Part shown: piece by piece, positions 8,176 to 16,118 of the stretch
Layout of the letters: the number at the start of each line of letters is the position of its first letter
Numbering within the stretch: the first letter of the stretch is position 1
DNA from: a virus
Taxonomy: Duplodnaviria; Heunggongvirae; Uroviricota; Caudoviricetes
Virus record (IMG/VR): IMGVR_UViG_3300037852_000238
Length of the DNA stretch: 39,831 nucleotides
Strand: one strand, 5' to 3'
The notes under the pieces: model-generated
Database searches by the model: none
Told to the model about the DNA's origin: nothing
What the model saw: the letters and a program-made list of their open reading frames with translations, nothing else
Translations under genes and position numbers: made by a program

Positions 8176-9450
8176 TTACACGTCGCCCAGCGAGGACGAG
8201 CCGCCGGAGGACGGAAGCTCCACCGGCGTGCCGCGGGCGGAGGTTTTGGGCCGGGCCAGCCGGCCGCCGAGCATGGAGAAGCCGGGACCGCCGGGCGACA
8301 GCTTCGCCGGCGGTCGGTGGTCCGAGGTAGGTTTTTGAGTGTAAATGTGCGGCGTCCTTAACGGCAGTGGTTCGTAGCGCAACGGAGCGACCACGTGTGG
8401 CTTTGGCCGCGGCTCCTCGGGCGGCTCTAAAACGGGCGCTAAAGGCTCTAGGGAAGCCGTAGGGCGCGGTGGCGGCTCGGGGGCGATAGTTATAGCCCGC
8501 GGGGCTTCCGGCGTCGTAACGGGCTTAGAGCGCGTTAGGCCCGCGCGGTGGACCCGGCCCATGACCGCGCCGCGGGTCATGCCGAGGCGGCGGGCGATCT
8601 CGAAGCCGCTTTGACCTTCCTGCCACAGACGGGCGATCTCAGAGATCTCTACGGAGGGGGCCGGAAGCTTCATGGGTTCAACGGCGGCCGGGCGCGGCAC
8701 CAGCGCGAGGTCGTAGCCGAGCGCGGCGGCCCAACGGCGGAGCTGGGGCAGGGAGACACCACGGTGTCCGGTCTCGGCGCCGGTCACCATCGCCGCGTTA
8801 AACGCGCGGCTGCGTGCGCCCTTCGGGCCGGGCGGGACGGCGTCGGTTAATGCCGCCGGCGAGAGGCCGCGATCCAAGCGCGCGGCACGCAGTTCGCGCA
8901 GGAGGGGGTCGAGGTCCGGCAGCGGGGCGTAGTTGACGGAAGGGTGACGCCGCACGCCGAGGATGCTCGCGTGGAGCTGGAGCGTCTCCCACGTGCGGCC
9001 GGGCAGTGCGGCGACGATCTCCGCGCGGCTAGCGGCCGGCCAAAGCCGGCGCAGGGTCGCGAACTCCGCCTCGGTCCACAGGTTAAGGTGCGCGGTCGAG
9101 GATGGGCGGACCCGGCGCGGGTGGCCCCGTAGCAGCTTATAGGTGACGCCGACCTTCAGACTGAGGCGTGCGGCGATGGTCTCGGCAGAAAGGTCGTCCT
9201 CGATACGCAGGCGCAGCGCCTCGGCGGCCAGGGCCGGGTCAACGGGCTTGAAGGCGCCGAGGTTGACGGAGCGACAAGGCTCGCGGTGGGTCGGCGGCAG
9301 GCCGCAGCGGCACCGGCCGCGCTTCAGGAAGCCGCGGTAAGTCTGCGCGCAACTCATCGTGACGCAGGCGGCGGTTGAGGCAGCGCGGAGGGTCGCGCCG
9401 GCGGCGAGGGCGTCAACCAGGGCGAGGCGCTGCGGCTCGGGGAGCCTCAT
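8176..9450 (-). CDS. Multi-HTH transcription regulator with XRE-like and GcrA-like DNA-binding domains (about 424 aa)
   Basis: Start trimmed from 9717 to ATG 9450 (ATGA overlap). Contains several HTH-like units: WTEAEFATLRRLW..., LRAARLDRGLS...AETGHR (XRE) and IARLWQEGQSGFEIARRLGMTRGAVMGRVHRAGL (GcrA N-terminal pattern). Pro-rich tail. Confidence 0.75.
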   Translation of the reverse strand: MRLPEPQRLALVDALAAGATLRAASTAACVTMSCAQTYRGFLKRGRCRCGLPPTHREPCRSVNLGAFKPVDPALAAEALRLRIEDDLSAETIAARLSLKVGVTYKLLRGHPRRVRPSSTAHLNLWTEAEFATLRRLWPAASRAEIVAALPGRTWETLQLHASILGVRRHPSVNYAPLPDLDPLLRELRAARLDRGLSPAALTDAVPPGPKGARSRAFNAAMVTGAETGHRGVSLPQLRRWAAALGYDLALVPRPAAVEPMKLPAPSVEISEIARLWQEGQSGFEIARRLGMTRGAVMGRVHRAGLTRSKPVTTPEAPRAITIAPEPPPRPTASLEPLAPVLEPPEEPRPKPHVVAPLRYEPLPLRTPHIYTQKPTSDHRPPAKLSPGGPGFSMLGGRLARPKTSARGTPVELPSSGGSSSLGDV

Positions 9451-9692
9451 GGCACCGTCTCCGGCACGTGGGCGCGCTCGGAGCCGGCTTGGTCGACGAC
9501 GGTCCTGGCCGGGCCGAGGCGGCGAACGGCGACGCGGCCGCAGAACTGGCAGGTTGATGCCTGATAGAGGGTGGCGGTCTGGGTTAGGGGGTCGCGGCCC
9601 ACGTAGGATTCGGCGTGGCGCGGGGCGTGGAGGCCGAGGCGGCACAGGAGCGGGTAGCGGGGAGGGTGGGTCAGGGTGTGGGGGAGGATCAT
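9447..9692 (-). CDS. Small Zn-finger-like phage protein (LLCRLGLH...CQFCG)
   Basis: Motif by eye; ATGA coupling. Confidence 0.7.
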   Translation of the reverse strand: MILPHTLTHPPRYPLLCRLGLHAPRHAESYVGRDPLTQTATLYQASTCQFCGRVAVRRLGPARTVVDQAGSERAHVPETVP

Positions 9693-9946
9693 GCGCCGTC
9701 TTCGCCGCGTAGCTCATCTGGCGCGAAGCTATTATTCAGGTACGGGTTGGCCGAGATCAGCTCGTTGAGGTGATCGGCGATACGGTTTCGGGTTACGCGG
9801 TCGTTGAGGATCGTCGAGCTCTCGGTCAGGAGCGCGTATAGCTCGTCCTCTATCCACTGACCGACCTCGACCTGGAGAAGCTCGATCGCCGCGGCCTCGG
9901 TCACGTCGCGGAGATCTAGGTCGAATAGGCGGGTGAGATCGGTCAC
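9689..9946 (-). CDS. Acidic hypothetical protein (85 aa)
   Basis: ORF track; GTGA and ATGA coupling. Confidence 0.7.
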   Translation of the reverse strand: MTDLTRLFDLDLRDVTEAAAIELLQVEVGQWIEDELYALLTESSTILNDRVTRNRIADHLNELISANPYLNNSFAPDELRGEDGA

Positions 9947-10140
9947 GACGCAGCCTTTATCCTGTCAAGCGCGGCGAAGGTGTCGAAGCCGTAGCCGTGC
10001 TCGCGGCGGATCTCGGTGCCGTCGTCCAGGCGGACGACCAGCGTGCTGGTCGAGCCGTTCACGTAGTGGCGGGTCTCGACCTCGGCCGTAACGATGCGGG
10101 CGGGGTTTACTAGCTTGTCGGCGATTTAGATTAGGGGCAT
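9943..10140 (-). pseudogene. 65-codon gene interrupted by in-frame TAA at codon 5
   Basis: Hand translation MPLI*IADKLVNPARIVTAEVETRHYVNGSTSTLVVRLDDGTEIRREHGYGFDTFAALDRIKAAS. The stop is at 10128-10126. The ORF exactly fills the gap between coupled genes. Confidence 0.6.
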
Positions 10141-10355
10141 GGCTGTGCGCCCGAAGCGAAGTGGCCGTGCGATATCCCGCGGTGATCGAACCGTACGTCA
10201 ATCAACTCGCGCCCGTATTGATCGTAACGGCACACGAGAACGGTCGCGGGTCGAACAGTCTGGGAAAGCGGCGTGTCGCGGTCGTTCTTGAATAGAACGG
10301 CGTCAAACACCTGAACCCGGTCGCCGACCCGGAACTTCCACCTTGACTTTTTCAT
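10131..10355 (-). CDS. Small SH3/KOW-like beta protein (74 aa)
   Basis: KFRVGDRVQV start motif; ATGA overlap; lower GC. Confidence 0.65.
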   Translation of the reverse strand: MKKSRWKFRVGDRVQVFDAVLFKNDRDTPLSQTVRPATVLVCRYDQYGRELIDVRFDHRGISHGHFASGAQPCP

Positions 10356-10972
10356 GACTCTACACTCCTGGGCTTAGTACCGCGCTTCAATAGCGGCGGC
10401 GGGTCCGGGGTGGTGGTGCCTGCGCGGTAGGCGGCCAGGGCGGCGGCGCGGCGGGCGTGGCTGTCGCCCTTGGTCGCGCGGGCGGGGCGGATGCGGGTGA
10501 TTAGGCGGTCGGAGTTGGCGATCACGGTCTCCTCCAGTAGGTAGGGGACGCCCTCGAAGGTGAAGCGGTGGGTTGTGGTGGTGGTGCCGTGCGGCTTCTT
10601 GAACGGGCGCGGCGGGAGCAGCGGCGCGAAGGGCCGGCCGCCGGTGGAAGGGTGTGGATCGAGCGGCACGTGCGGGGCGTCGGCGTAGGCGACGGTGAGG
10701 GTTTGGGAAATCGGGTCGCGGAAAACTAGGAGCTGGCGGCGGGGCTTCGGGCCGCGGGCGTAGCCGCGCACGATTAAGCCGCCCGAGTTGACCAGCGCGC
10801 GGCGGAAGCCCATCGCCGCCGTAGCCGCGGCCAGGTAGCGCTTCTCGCGGTTCGGCCGGTGCGCGCCGGGGGGAAGGTCCAAGATCTTCCAGAGATCTGC
10901 GGAGGCGACCTTGCCCGGCAGCTCACCGAGCGCGGCGCGGAGGGGGACGAGGTAGGGTGACTCCTCGGTCAT
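10352..10972 (-). CDS. Protein whose N-terminal domain is paralogous to the C-terminal domain of the primase-helicase (206 aa)
   Basis: Hand alignment: LRAALGELPGKVASADLWKIL...GFRRA...G..VRGYARGP...V..DP vs LSAAMRDLEGRIAAVDAWKIV...GWTRA...G..VWCYERGP...V..DP. Confidence 0.75.
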   Translation of the reverse strand: MTEESPYLVPLRAALGELPGKVASADLWKILDLPPGAHRPNREKRYLAAATAAMGFRRALVNSGGLIVRGYARGPKPRRQLLVFRDPISQTLTVAYADAPHVPLDPHPSTGGRPFAPLLPPRPFKKPHGTTTTTHRFTFEGVPYLLEETVIANSDRLITRIRPARATKGDSHARRAAALAAYRAGTTTPDPPPLLKRGTKPRSVES

Positions 10973-12759
10973 TTGGCGGCCGGGGGGTCGATCTCGGCGT
11001 CCTCGCCGCGGACGTAGATAAGCCGCTCGCGGGCGCGGGTCGCGGCGACCCCCATGAGGTTAAATTCTTGGGTCTCCTGCCACTCCAGGCGCGCGGCCTT
11101 CGACGGGTTGAGGTCGGGCCGCAGGATCGCGACCTGGGGCCACTCGCGGCCCTTGGATTTGTGCTGGGTCGCCAGGGTCAACAGGGTCTGGACCTCGTCC
11201 TTCCGAGCGTCCTCGAACATCGAGGAGATGCGGCGGACCAGCGCCGGCACCGTGCGCTCGGTCTCTGGCAGCGCCTCGACGATGACCAACACGCAGTTGA
11301 CGCGGTCGGCCACCGCCTCCGCGCGACCCTCCTCACCCTTGGCAACGAACTTCGCCGTCTCGCGGTCGCGCCACGCTTCCAGCTTGGCGACGAGGCGGTC
11401 TAGCCCCTTGGCGCGCTGCTGCTCGATCAGGTTGACCAGCCCCTCGCCTATCTCCTTGCCCAGGACGCGGCAGGGCCGCCCGCGGGCGATGAGGCCGTAG
11501 GCCAGCCCGACCAGCGGCGCAGTCTGGCGGCAGAGGATCGCGTCACGCGGGGTAAGTTGGGCCAGGGCGGCGTGGAGCGGGACCTCGTCGAGGACCTCGC
11601 CCTCGGCCGCGCCGGGGGCCGGCTCCAGGCGCGGCATCCAGGTCCGCGCGCGGTCAACGATTGTTTTAGCGCAGCGGTAGGAGACGGTCAGCGGCAGCTC
11701 GCGGCAGTTGAACTCCGCGGCGATGCGCGCCATTGCGTCTACCGAGGCGCCGGTGAAGCCCATGATCGACTGCGTCTCGTCGCCAACCGCGTAGAGCCGG
11801 CCGCCGTCCTTGAGCGTCAGGTGAAGCACCGCGCGGCGGACCGGGTTCGTGTCCTGCGCCTCGTCGACGATTACAACGTCATTACGCCAGAGGCGCAGCT
11901 TCCAGAGCACCACCAGATAGATCTGATCGTCGAAGTCGATCCAGCCCTGGCGCGCCGCGTCGTTAGACCAGCCCAGCAGGCGGCGCGCGAGAGCAATGCC
12001 GGCCGCCGGCTCGGCGTCGAGAGAATCGAGATACAGGCCGTGATGGTCGACTAGCGCCCACCAGCGCTCCTCGGTATCGGGCACCAGCGCGCCGATCCCC
12101 TCGCCCTTCGCCAGGTTCACCAACTTGATCGCGAAGTCGGCGTACAGCCGCCAGGTCGCGACGCCAGCGTCGTCAACGCAAAGCCGGTCCTTCAGGATGC
12201 GAGCGCACTTGCCGGCGTCGACGCGGATCTGGTTCTCGGGGAGGTTGAGGTGGCGGCGAACCGCGCCGTAGCATACGGAGTGGAACGAGCCAGCGCGGAC
12301 GTTCGCGTAGCTCTTTTCGCCGAGCGCGGCTAGCTCGGCGACGGCCGCCTTAAGCTGCGCCGCGGCGTCGTGGCCGAACGCGAAGAGTTGGACATGGAGG
12401 CGCGTCGAAAGGTAGCGCAGCGCGTTCTTCATCGTGGTGGTCTTGCCGCTGCCGGCGCCGGCCATCACGATAACCGAGCCGCGGCCGTAGCGGAAGTGGT
12501 CGAAGACCGCGGCCTGGTACGGGCTGGCGGGGTGGCCGGAAAGGAGGGTGTATTCCGAGGTGATATCAGCACATTGCTCGGCGCGAGCGACGGCTTCGGT
12601 GACCGTGTCGGAGACGCCGTCGTCGTACTCGGCTTGCGGCGGCTCGGTCAGGCACGCGGGGCAGACAACGGTCCAACGACCATCGACCTTGCGGGCCTCA
12701 CCGGCGCCGGCCGGGACCGGGATGCCGCAGGAGCAGGTGCCGGGGTACTTGTTGATCAT
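10969..12759 (-). CDS. Superfamily 1 (UvrD/Rep-like) helicase with N-terminal Zn ribbon
   Basis: AGAGSGKTTT (Walker A), VIVDEAQD (Walker B), GD..QSI.GF.GA, YRC, TQHKSKGREW, VAATRA; N-terminal CSCG...CPAC. Confidence 0.92.
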   Translation of the reverse strand: MINKYPGTCSCGIPVPAGAGEARKVDGRWTVVCPACLTEPPQAEYDDGVSDTVTEAVARAEQCADITSEYTLLSGHPASPYQAAVFDHFRYGRGSVIVMAGAGSGKTTTMKNALRYLSTRLHVQLFAFGHDAAAQLKAAVAELAALGEKSYANVRAGSFHSVCYGAVRRHLNLPENQIRVDAGKCARILKDRLCVDDAGVATWRLYADFAIKLVNLAKGEGIGALVPDTEERWWALVDHHGLYLDSLDAEPAAGIALARRLLGWSNDAARQGWIDFDDQIYLVVLWKLRLWRNDVVIVDEAQDTNPVRRAVLHLTLKDGGRLYAVGDETQSIMGFTGASVDAMARIAAEFNCRELPLTVSYRCAKTIVDRARTWMPRLEPAPGAAEGEVLDEVPLHAALAQLTPRDAILCRQTAPLVGLAYGLIARGRPCRVLGKEIGEGLVNLIEQQRAKGLDRLVAKLEAWRDRETAKFVAKGEEGRAEAVADRVNCVLVIVEALPETERTVPALVRRISSMFEDARKDEVQTLLTLATQHKSKGREWPQVAILRPDLNPSKAARLEWQETQEFNLMGVAATRARERLIYVRGEDAEIDPPAAK

Positions 12760-12824
12760 CGCGAGTCTCCTCGGGGTTGCGGGGAGTAGCTTACGCGGGT
12801 TTGGATCAGGAGTAAATAGCTAAT
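12757..12824 (-). promoter_or_regulatory. Early promoter/leader element, copy 3
   Basis: TTTACT (12816-12811), 17 nt, TAAGCT (12793-12788), then CCGAGGAGACTCGCGATG into the helicase. Confidence 0.8.
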
Positions 12825-12837
12825 CGGGCACACTTGG

Positions 12838-15129
12838 TTAGAAAAGGTCATCGTCTGGCTCCGGCTGCGGGGCCGTGTCGTGGCTCACGTAAACCTCACG
12901 GGTGAGCGGGTCGACCTGGACGTAGATCGGGCGCGAGCGCGTCTTCTGATCCGGGCCGCGCTCGTAGCACCACACCAGGCGCCCGTGCATCTTGGAGTGA
13001 GCGCGCGTCCAACCGAGCAGGCGCATCGCGGTGCCGAAGCGGCGGTTATCCTCCTGGGTGCGTTGGTAACCGGGCTTCCCGACGATCTTCCAAGCATCGA
13101 CCGCGGCGATGCGGCCCTCCAGATCGCGCATCGCGGCGGAGAGGTCGAACTCCCAAGGGTCGTGGATGCGGTGCTCGGCTTGGACTAGCGCCGCCGCGTC
13201 CCAAAGCGCCGGGTCTAAGCGGATTGATTCGCCCGACGCCTCGGCCGCCGCGGCCTCGCCCCAAAGCTGGTGGACGACCTTGCGTAAACCTTCGAGGTCA
13301 AACACAACCCCGTCGATCGGCCAAAAGCGGCGGTTCTCGGTGTCACGCAGGAACCAAAGCTCGTTGGTCGAGCCGAAGAAGACGCACTGGCGCCGCGGGT
13401 GCTTTGTGAAGCGCCCGTAGGCCATGCGCGAGTGATCGGTGTCGCGCGACAGGAACGCCTTAAGGTGCTCCACCTCACTCGTCCGCAAGCCGGGCAGCTC
13501 GGCGAACTCGACGATCCACTTGCCCGAGAGCTTCTCGATCACCTCCTGGTCCTTAGCGTTGAAGGGGAGACTATCTAGGAACCACTCCTTGCGGACGGCG
13601 AGGATCGCCAGCGCGGAGGACTTGTTGGTTCCCTGCTTCGGGTTGACCAGGACCATCATCTCGTCGAACTTGCAGCCGGGCTCACGAACGCGCCGGACAG
13701 CCGCGACGAGCATCAGGCGGCCTACAGCAGAGACATAACGGTTATACAGCTCGGCGACCTCCGCGGCGCGCTCCGCCGTCTCGGTCTGCTCCAGCAGATC
13801 CGCGGCGACGCGCCGCCGGACCCCACCGTAGTCGAACAACCAGGTGTCTATCCGGGGCGCGCCATCCCAGTCGTCGCGCGCGTCGCTGAGGTAGTCGAGC
13901 ACCGGGTGGTAGGAGGCCTGCCACGCGAGGTCGGCCACGATGTCCAGCCAGAGCTCCTTGGGCGGGATGAAGCCGTGAGCGGTGGGGAACGTCGTGACAC
14001 GCAGGTGGTTCGCTTCCTCGTCCTCAAGCGAGCGCAGCGGACCGACTCCGTTAATGTACGGTTGGCCGGAGAAGCCATCGAACGAAAACTTTATATCGAG
14101 GAGGTTAATCCCGCGGCGCACGTTAGCCGGCCAGCTACGTAAGATCTGACCGTTCGCCGCGCGCTCCCAGTCCTCGGCGACCGAGCGCCGCGCGAAGTCG
14201 AGCGTCCGCTGCGCGGCGCGGGCCGGGTTAGACTGGTCGCGGCAGTGGGCTGAGAGCCCGTAGTCGGCGTCAAGGAGGAACGGCGCGATCTCCTCGTCCT
14301 TCCACCCCAAGCGAACGAGCGAGCACGCTACCCACAGGATCAGGTTAGACCGGTTACCCTTGAAGGCCGAAGCATCGCCGGTCTTTATCGGACGCTGGAG
14401 CTTACGCGGCAAAGACTCCAGGGAATGCGGTCCTAACGGAGGCTCGGCGGCCTCGTTCTCCGCCTCTTCTGCACCAAAGCTGTCCGGGAGACGCGGCACC
14501 GGGTCGAGCGCAAAAGACCAGGTACGCGACCAGTCCACTTCGATCGCGCTGGCCAGCGCGGGCTCGCGTCCCCGCTCGCGCTTCTTCTTGTCCGGAACGT
14601 TCACGGTGCCGGGAAGGCGCAAAATGCGGCCCACGTCGAAACAGTGGTCGGCAGCCAGCGCGCGCTGGATCGCGGCGTTCACGGCCTCGACGCGGTCAGC
14701 ATACTCCGCCGCCGGAAGTGCCTCCGCTAGGCGCCAATACACCTGGTAACCGCCGCCGGAGAAGACGATCGCGGAAGGGGCCGGCGCCATCGCGCGGACG
14801 CGTAGGAGAAGACGCTCGTAATTTGTAGCTGTCGGCGTCGCATGCGGGCCGGTCTTCGGTAAATCGAGGTCGACGTGGAGCACGTTTAGCCGCACCATCT
14901 GCGATTTCCGCGGTGTGGTGCGGACCGTGGGCAGCGGCGTATTGGCGGAGTAATAAACATTGTGCGTCCCTTGGCGCGCATCTAGCCAGGCGCGCAGCGC
15001 GGCCTCCTCGGCGAAGCGCTCGCCTAGGAACGGGTCACGACCCTCGGGGTCCGAAGCATAGACGTACCACGGTCCCTCGGGGAAGAGGGATCTGAGCCAA
15101 CCGACGGCCGCGTCGGTATCGCCGGGCAC
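12838..15129 (-). CDS. Primase-helicase: RepB-like/AEP primase N-terminus plus VirE/VapE-like P-loop ATPase
   Basis: HVDLD, SGGGYQVYW and DVGRILRLPGT primase motifs. PGCKFDEMMVL, QGTNKSS, IVEFAEL, FLSR..D..R.AYGR and RQCVFFGSTN...RRFW are VapE/VirE motifs. Confidence 0.88.
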   Translation of the reverse strand: MPGDTDAAVGWLRSLFPEGPWYVYASDPEGRDPFLGERFAEEAALRAWLDARQGTHNVYYSANTPLPTVRTTPRKSQMVRLNVLHVDLDLPKTGPHATPTATNYERLLLRVRAMAPAPSAIVFSGGGYQVYWRLAEALPAAEYADRVEAVNAAIQRALAADHCFDVGRILRLPGTVNVPDKKKRERGREPALASAIEVDWSRTWSFALDPVPRLPDSFGAEEAENEAAEPPLGPHSLESLPRKLQRPIKTGDASAFKGNRSNLILWVACSLVRLGWKDEEIAPFLLDADYGLSAHCRDQSNPARAAQRTLDFARRSVAEDWERAANGQILRSWPANVRRGINLLDIKFSFDGFSGQPYINGVGPLRSLEDEEANHLRVTTFPTAHGFIPPKELWLDIVADLAWQASYHPVLDYLSDARDDWDGAPRIDTWLFDYGGVRRRVAADLLEQTETAERAAEVAELYNRYVSAVGRLMLVAAVRRVREPGCKFDEMMVLVNPKQGTNKSSALAILAVRKEWFLDSLPFNAKDQEVIEKLSGKWIVEFAELPGLRTSEVEHLKAFLSRDTDHSRMAYGRFTKHPRRQCVFFGSTNELWFLRDTENRRFWPIDGVVFDLEGLRKVVHQLWGEAAAAEASGESIRLDPALWDAAALVQAEHRIHDPWEFDLSAAMRDLEGRIAAVDAWKIVGKPGYQRTQEDNRRFGTAMRLLGWTRAHSKMHGRLVWCYERGPDQKTRSRPIYVQVDPLTREVYVSHDTAPQPEPDDDLF

Positions 15130-15145
15130 CGGGGAAGCGCCTGGC

Positions 15146-15463
15146 TCAAGCTACAGCGGCGACCTCTTCGACGAGCTTAAGCCGCCAGAGCGCGCCCTCC
15201 ACCGTGTTCTTGACGCGTGAAAGACGGTAAGTCCGGTCTCCAGCTACGATCAAGCAGTTCTCGAAGCGCAGTAGCCAGCGCGATAGGACGCGCGGCGCGG
15301 GACGTTGCTGAAGCTCGGGCGCGACGCCGCAGAGCGCGTTCATCAGATCCGGTTCAGCGTCAAGCGCGGTCGTCAAAACCGTGCGAACGGTCACCGGTGT
15401 CTGACCGAAAAACTCGGTCCAACGATTCAGAAGCTCAGTTACCTCGTCGCCTTCTAGTTTCAC
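15146..15463 (-). CDS. Hypothetical protein (105 aa), possible winged-helix replication accessory
   Basis: First gene of the leftward arm. The LSRWL.R.....V.G.....L......WRL pattern resembles C-terminal domains of phage primase/helicases. Confidence 0.65.
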   Translation of the reverse strand: MKLEGDEVTELLNRWTEFFGQTPVTVRTVLTTALDAEPDLMNALCGVAPELQQRPAPRVLSRWLLRFENCLIVAGDRTYRLSRVKNTVEGALWRLKLVEEVAAVA

Positions 15464-15491
15464 CGGAAGACCCCTTCTTCGACCCCGTGCC

Positions 15492-16033
15492 GGGGTAACT
15501 ATAAACCGGGCCGGCGCGGAGGGTAAAGCCTAATATATTTGCGATTTATATAAGCGTGAAGCGCCCATCTTTCTCGGACCATTGATTTTGTTAGGGTTGA
15601 ACGTAAACGGGTTTAATTAACACGGCTGTAAGTTATACTTATAGGTTAAAAAAGGGTTACCCCGTAACCCCCATTACCCCTTACTCGCCCTTAGCACCTA
15701 TTTCGTAGGTTTTACGTTTTGGCCCCTATAAATCGGGATTTATATATAGACCTAAAAACCTTAAAAAGTTATAGGTACTATATATAAGGGGTAACCGGGT
15801 AACGTAGTAAGAAAAGGCTTAAAGTTAAATGGGTTATCGGTAATCCCCATCGGGGTAACGGGAGGGGTTATCGGGGTAACTAGAAACTGGTCTAATATAC
15901 GAAATCACCCCCCCCTGCCGGGCATGTTCCTCGCAGTGTTGTTGCGAGGTTACTATCATTGACTTACTTTGAAGATTATTAGATAACAAGGGCTTAGCTC
16001 GGGTTGGCGCCTTCGGGGGTAACATATTACCCC
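15492..16033. repeat. Iteron-like GGGGTAAC/GTTACCCC repeats flanking an AT-rich core; putative replication origin
   Basis: GGGGTAAC at 15492, 15788, 15852, 15873 and 16016; GGGTAAC at 15797; reverse GTTACCCC at 15656; TTACCCC at 15674 and 16027. AT-rich, largely non-coding core at about 15530-15830 between the divergent arms. Confidence 0.7.
15498..15527 (-). promoter_or_regulatory. Leftward sigma70-like promoter for the replication operon
   Basis: TTTACC (15527-15522), 18 nt, TATAGT (15503-15498); abuts a GGGGTAAC repeat at 15492-15499. Confidence 0.55.
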
Positions 16034-16043
16034 GCGCCGCGGG

Positions 16044-16072
16044 TTTACCTGGCCCACCGGCGGCGCTATAAT
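16044..16072 (+). promoter_or_regulatory. Rightward sigma70-like promoter
   Basis: TTTACC (16044-16049), 17 nt, TATAAT (16067-16072), upstream of the NusG-like gene. Confidence 0.75.
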
Positions 16073-16118
16073 CGTCCGTCGGTCAGCACTATACCGCGGG
16101 CCTCATTTAGGGGGAAGC

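Noticed and set aside
4782-9717. Long Pro/Arg-rich N-terminal extensions in ORF-track calls (4782-5600, 6090-6758, 8176-9717, 616-1005)
   Set aside because: They overlap other well-supported genes; trimmed starts give canonical ATGA/GTGA coupling.
15492-16033. CRISPR-like or tRNA interpretation of the AT-rich repeats
   Set aside because: Repeats are 7-8 nt, irregularly spaced and in both orientations; no spacer periodicity, cas genes or cloverleaf.
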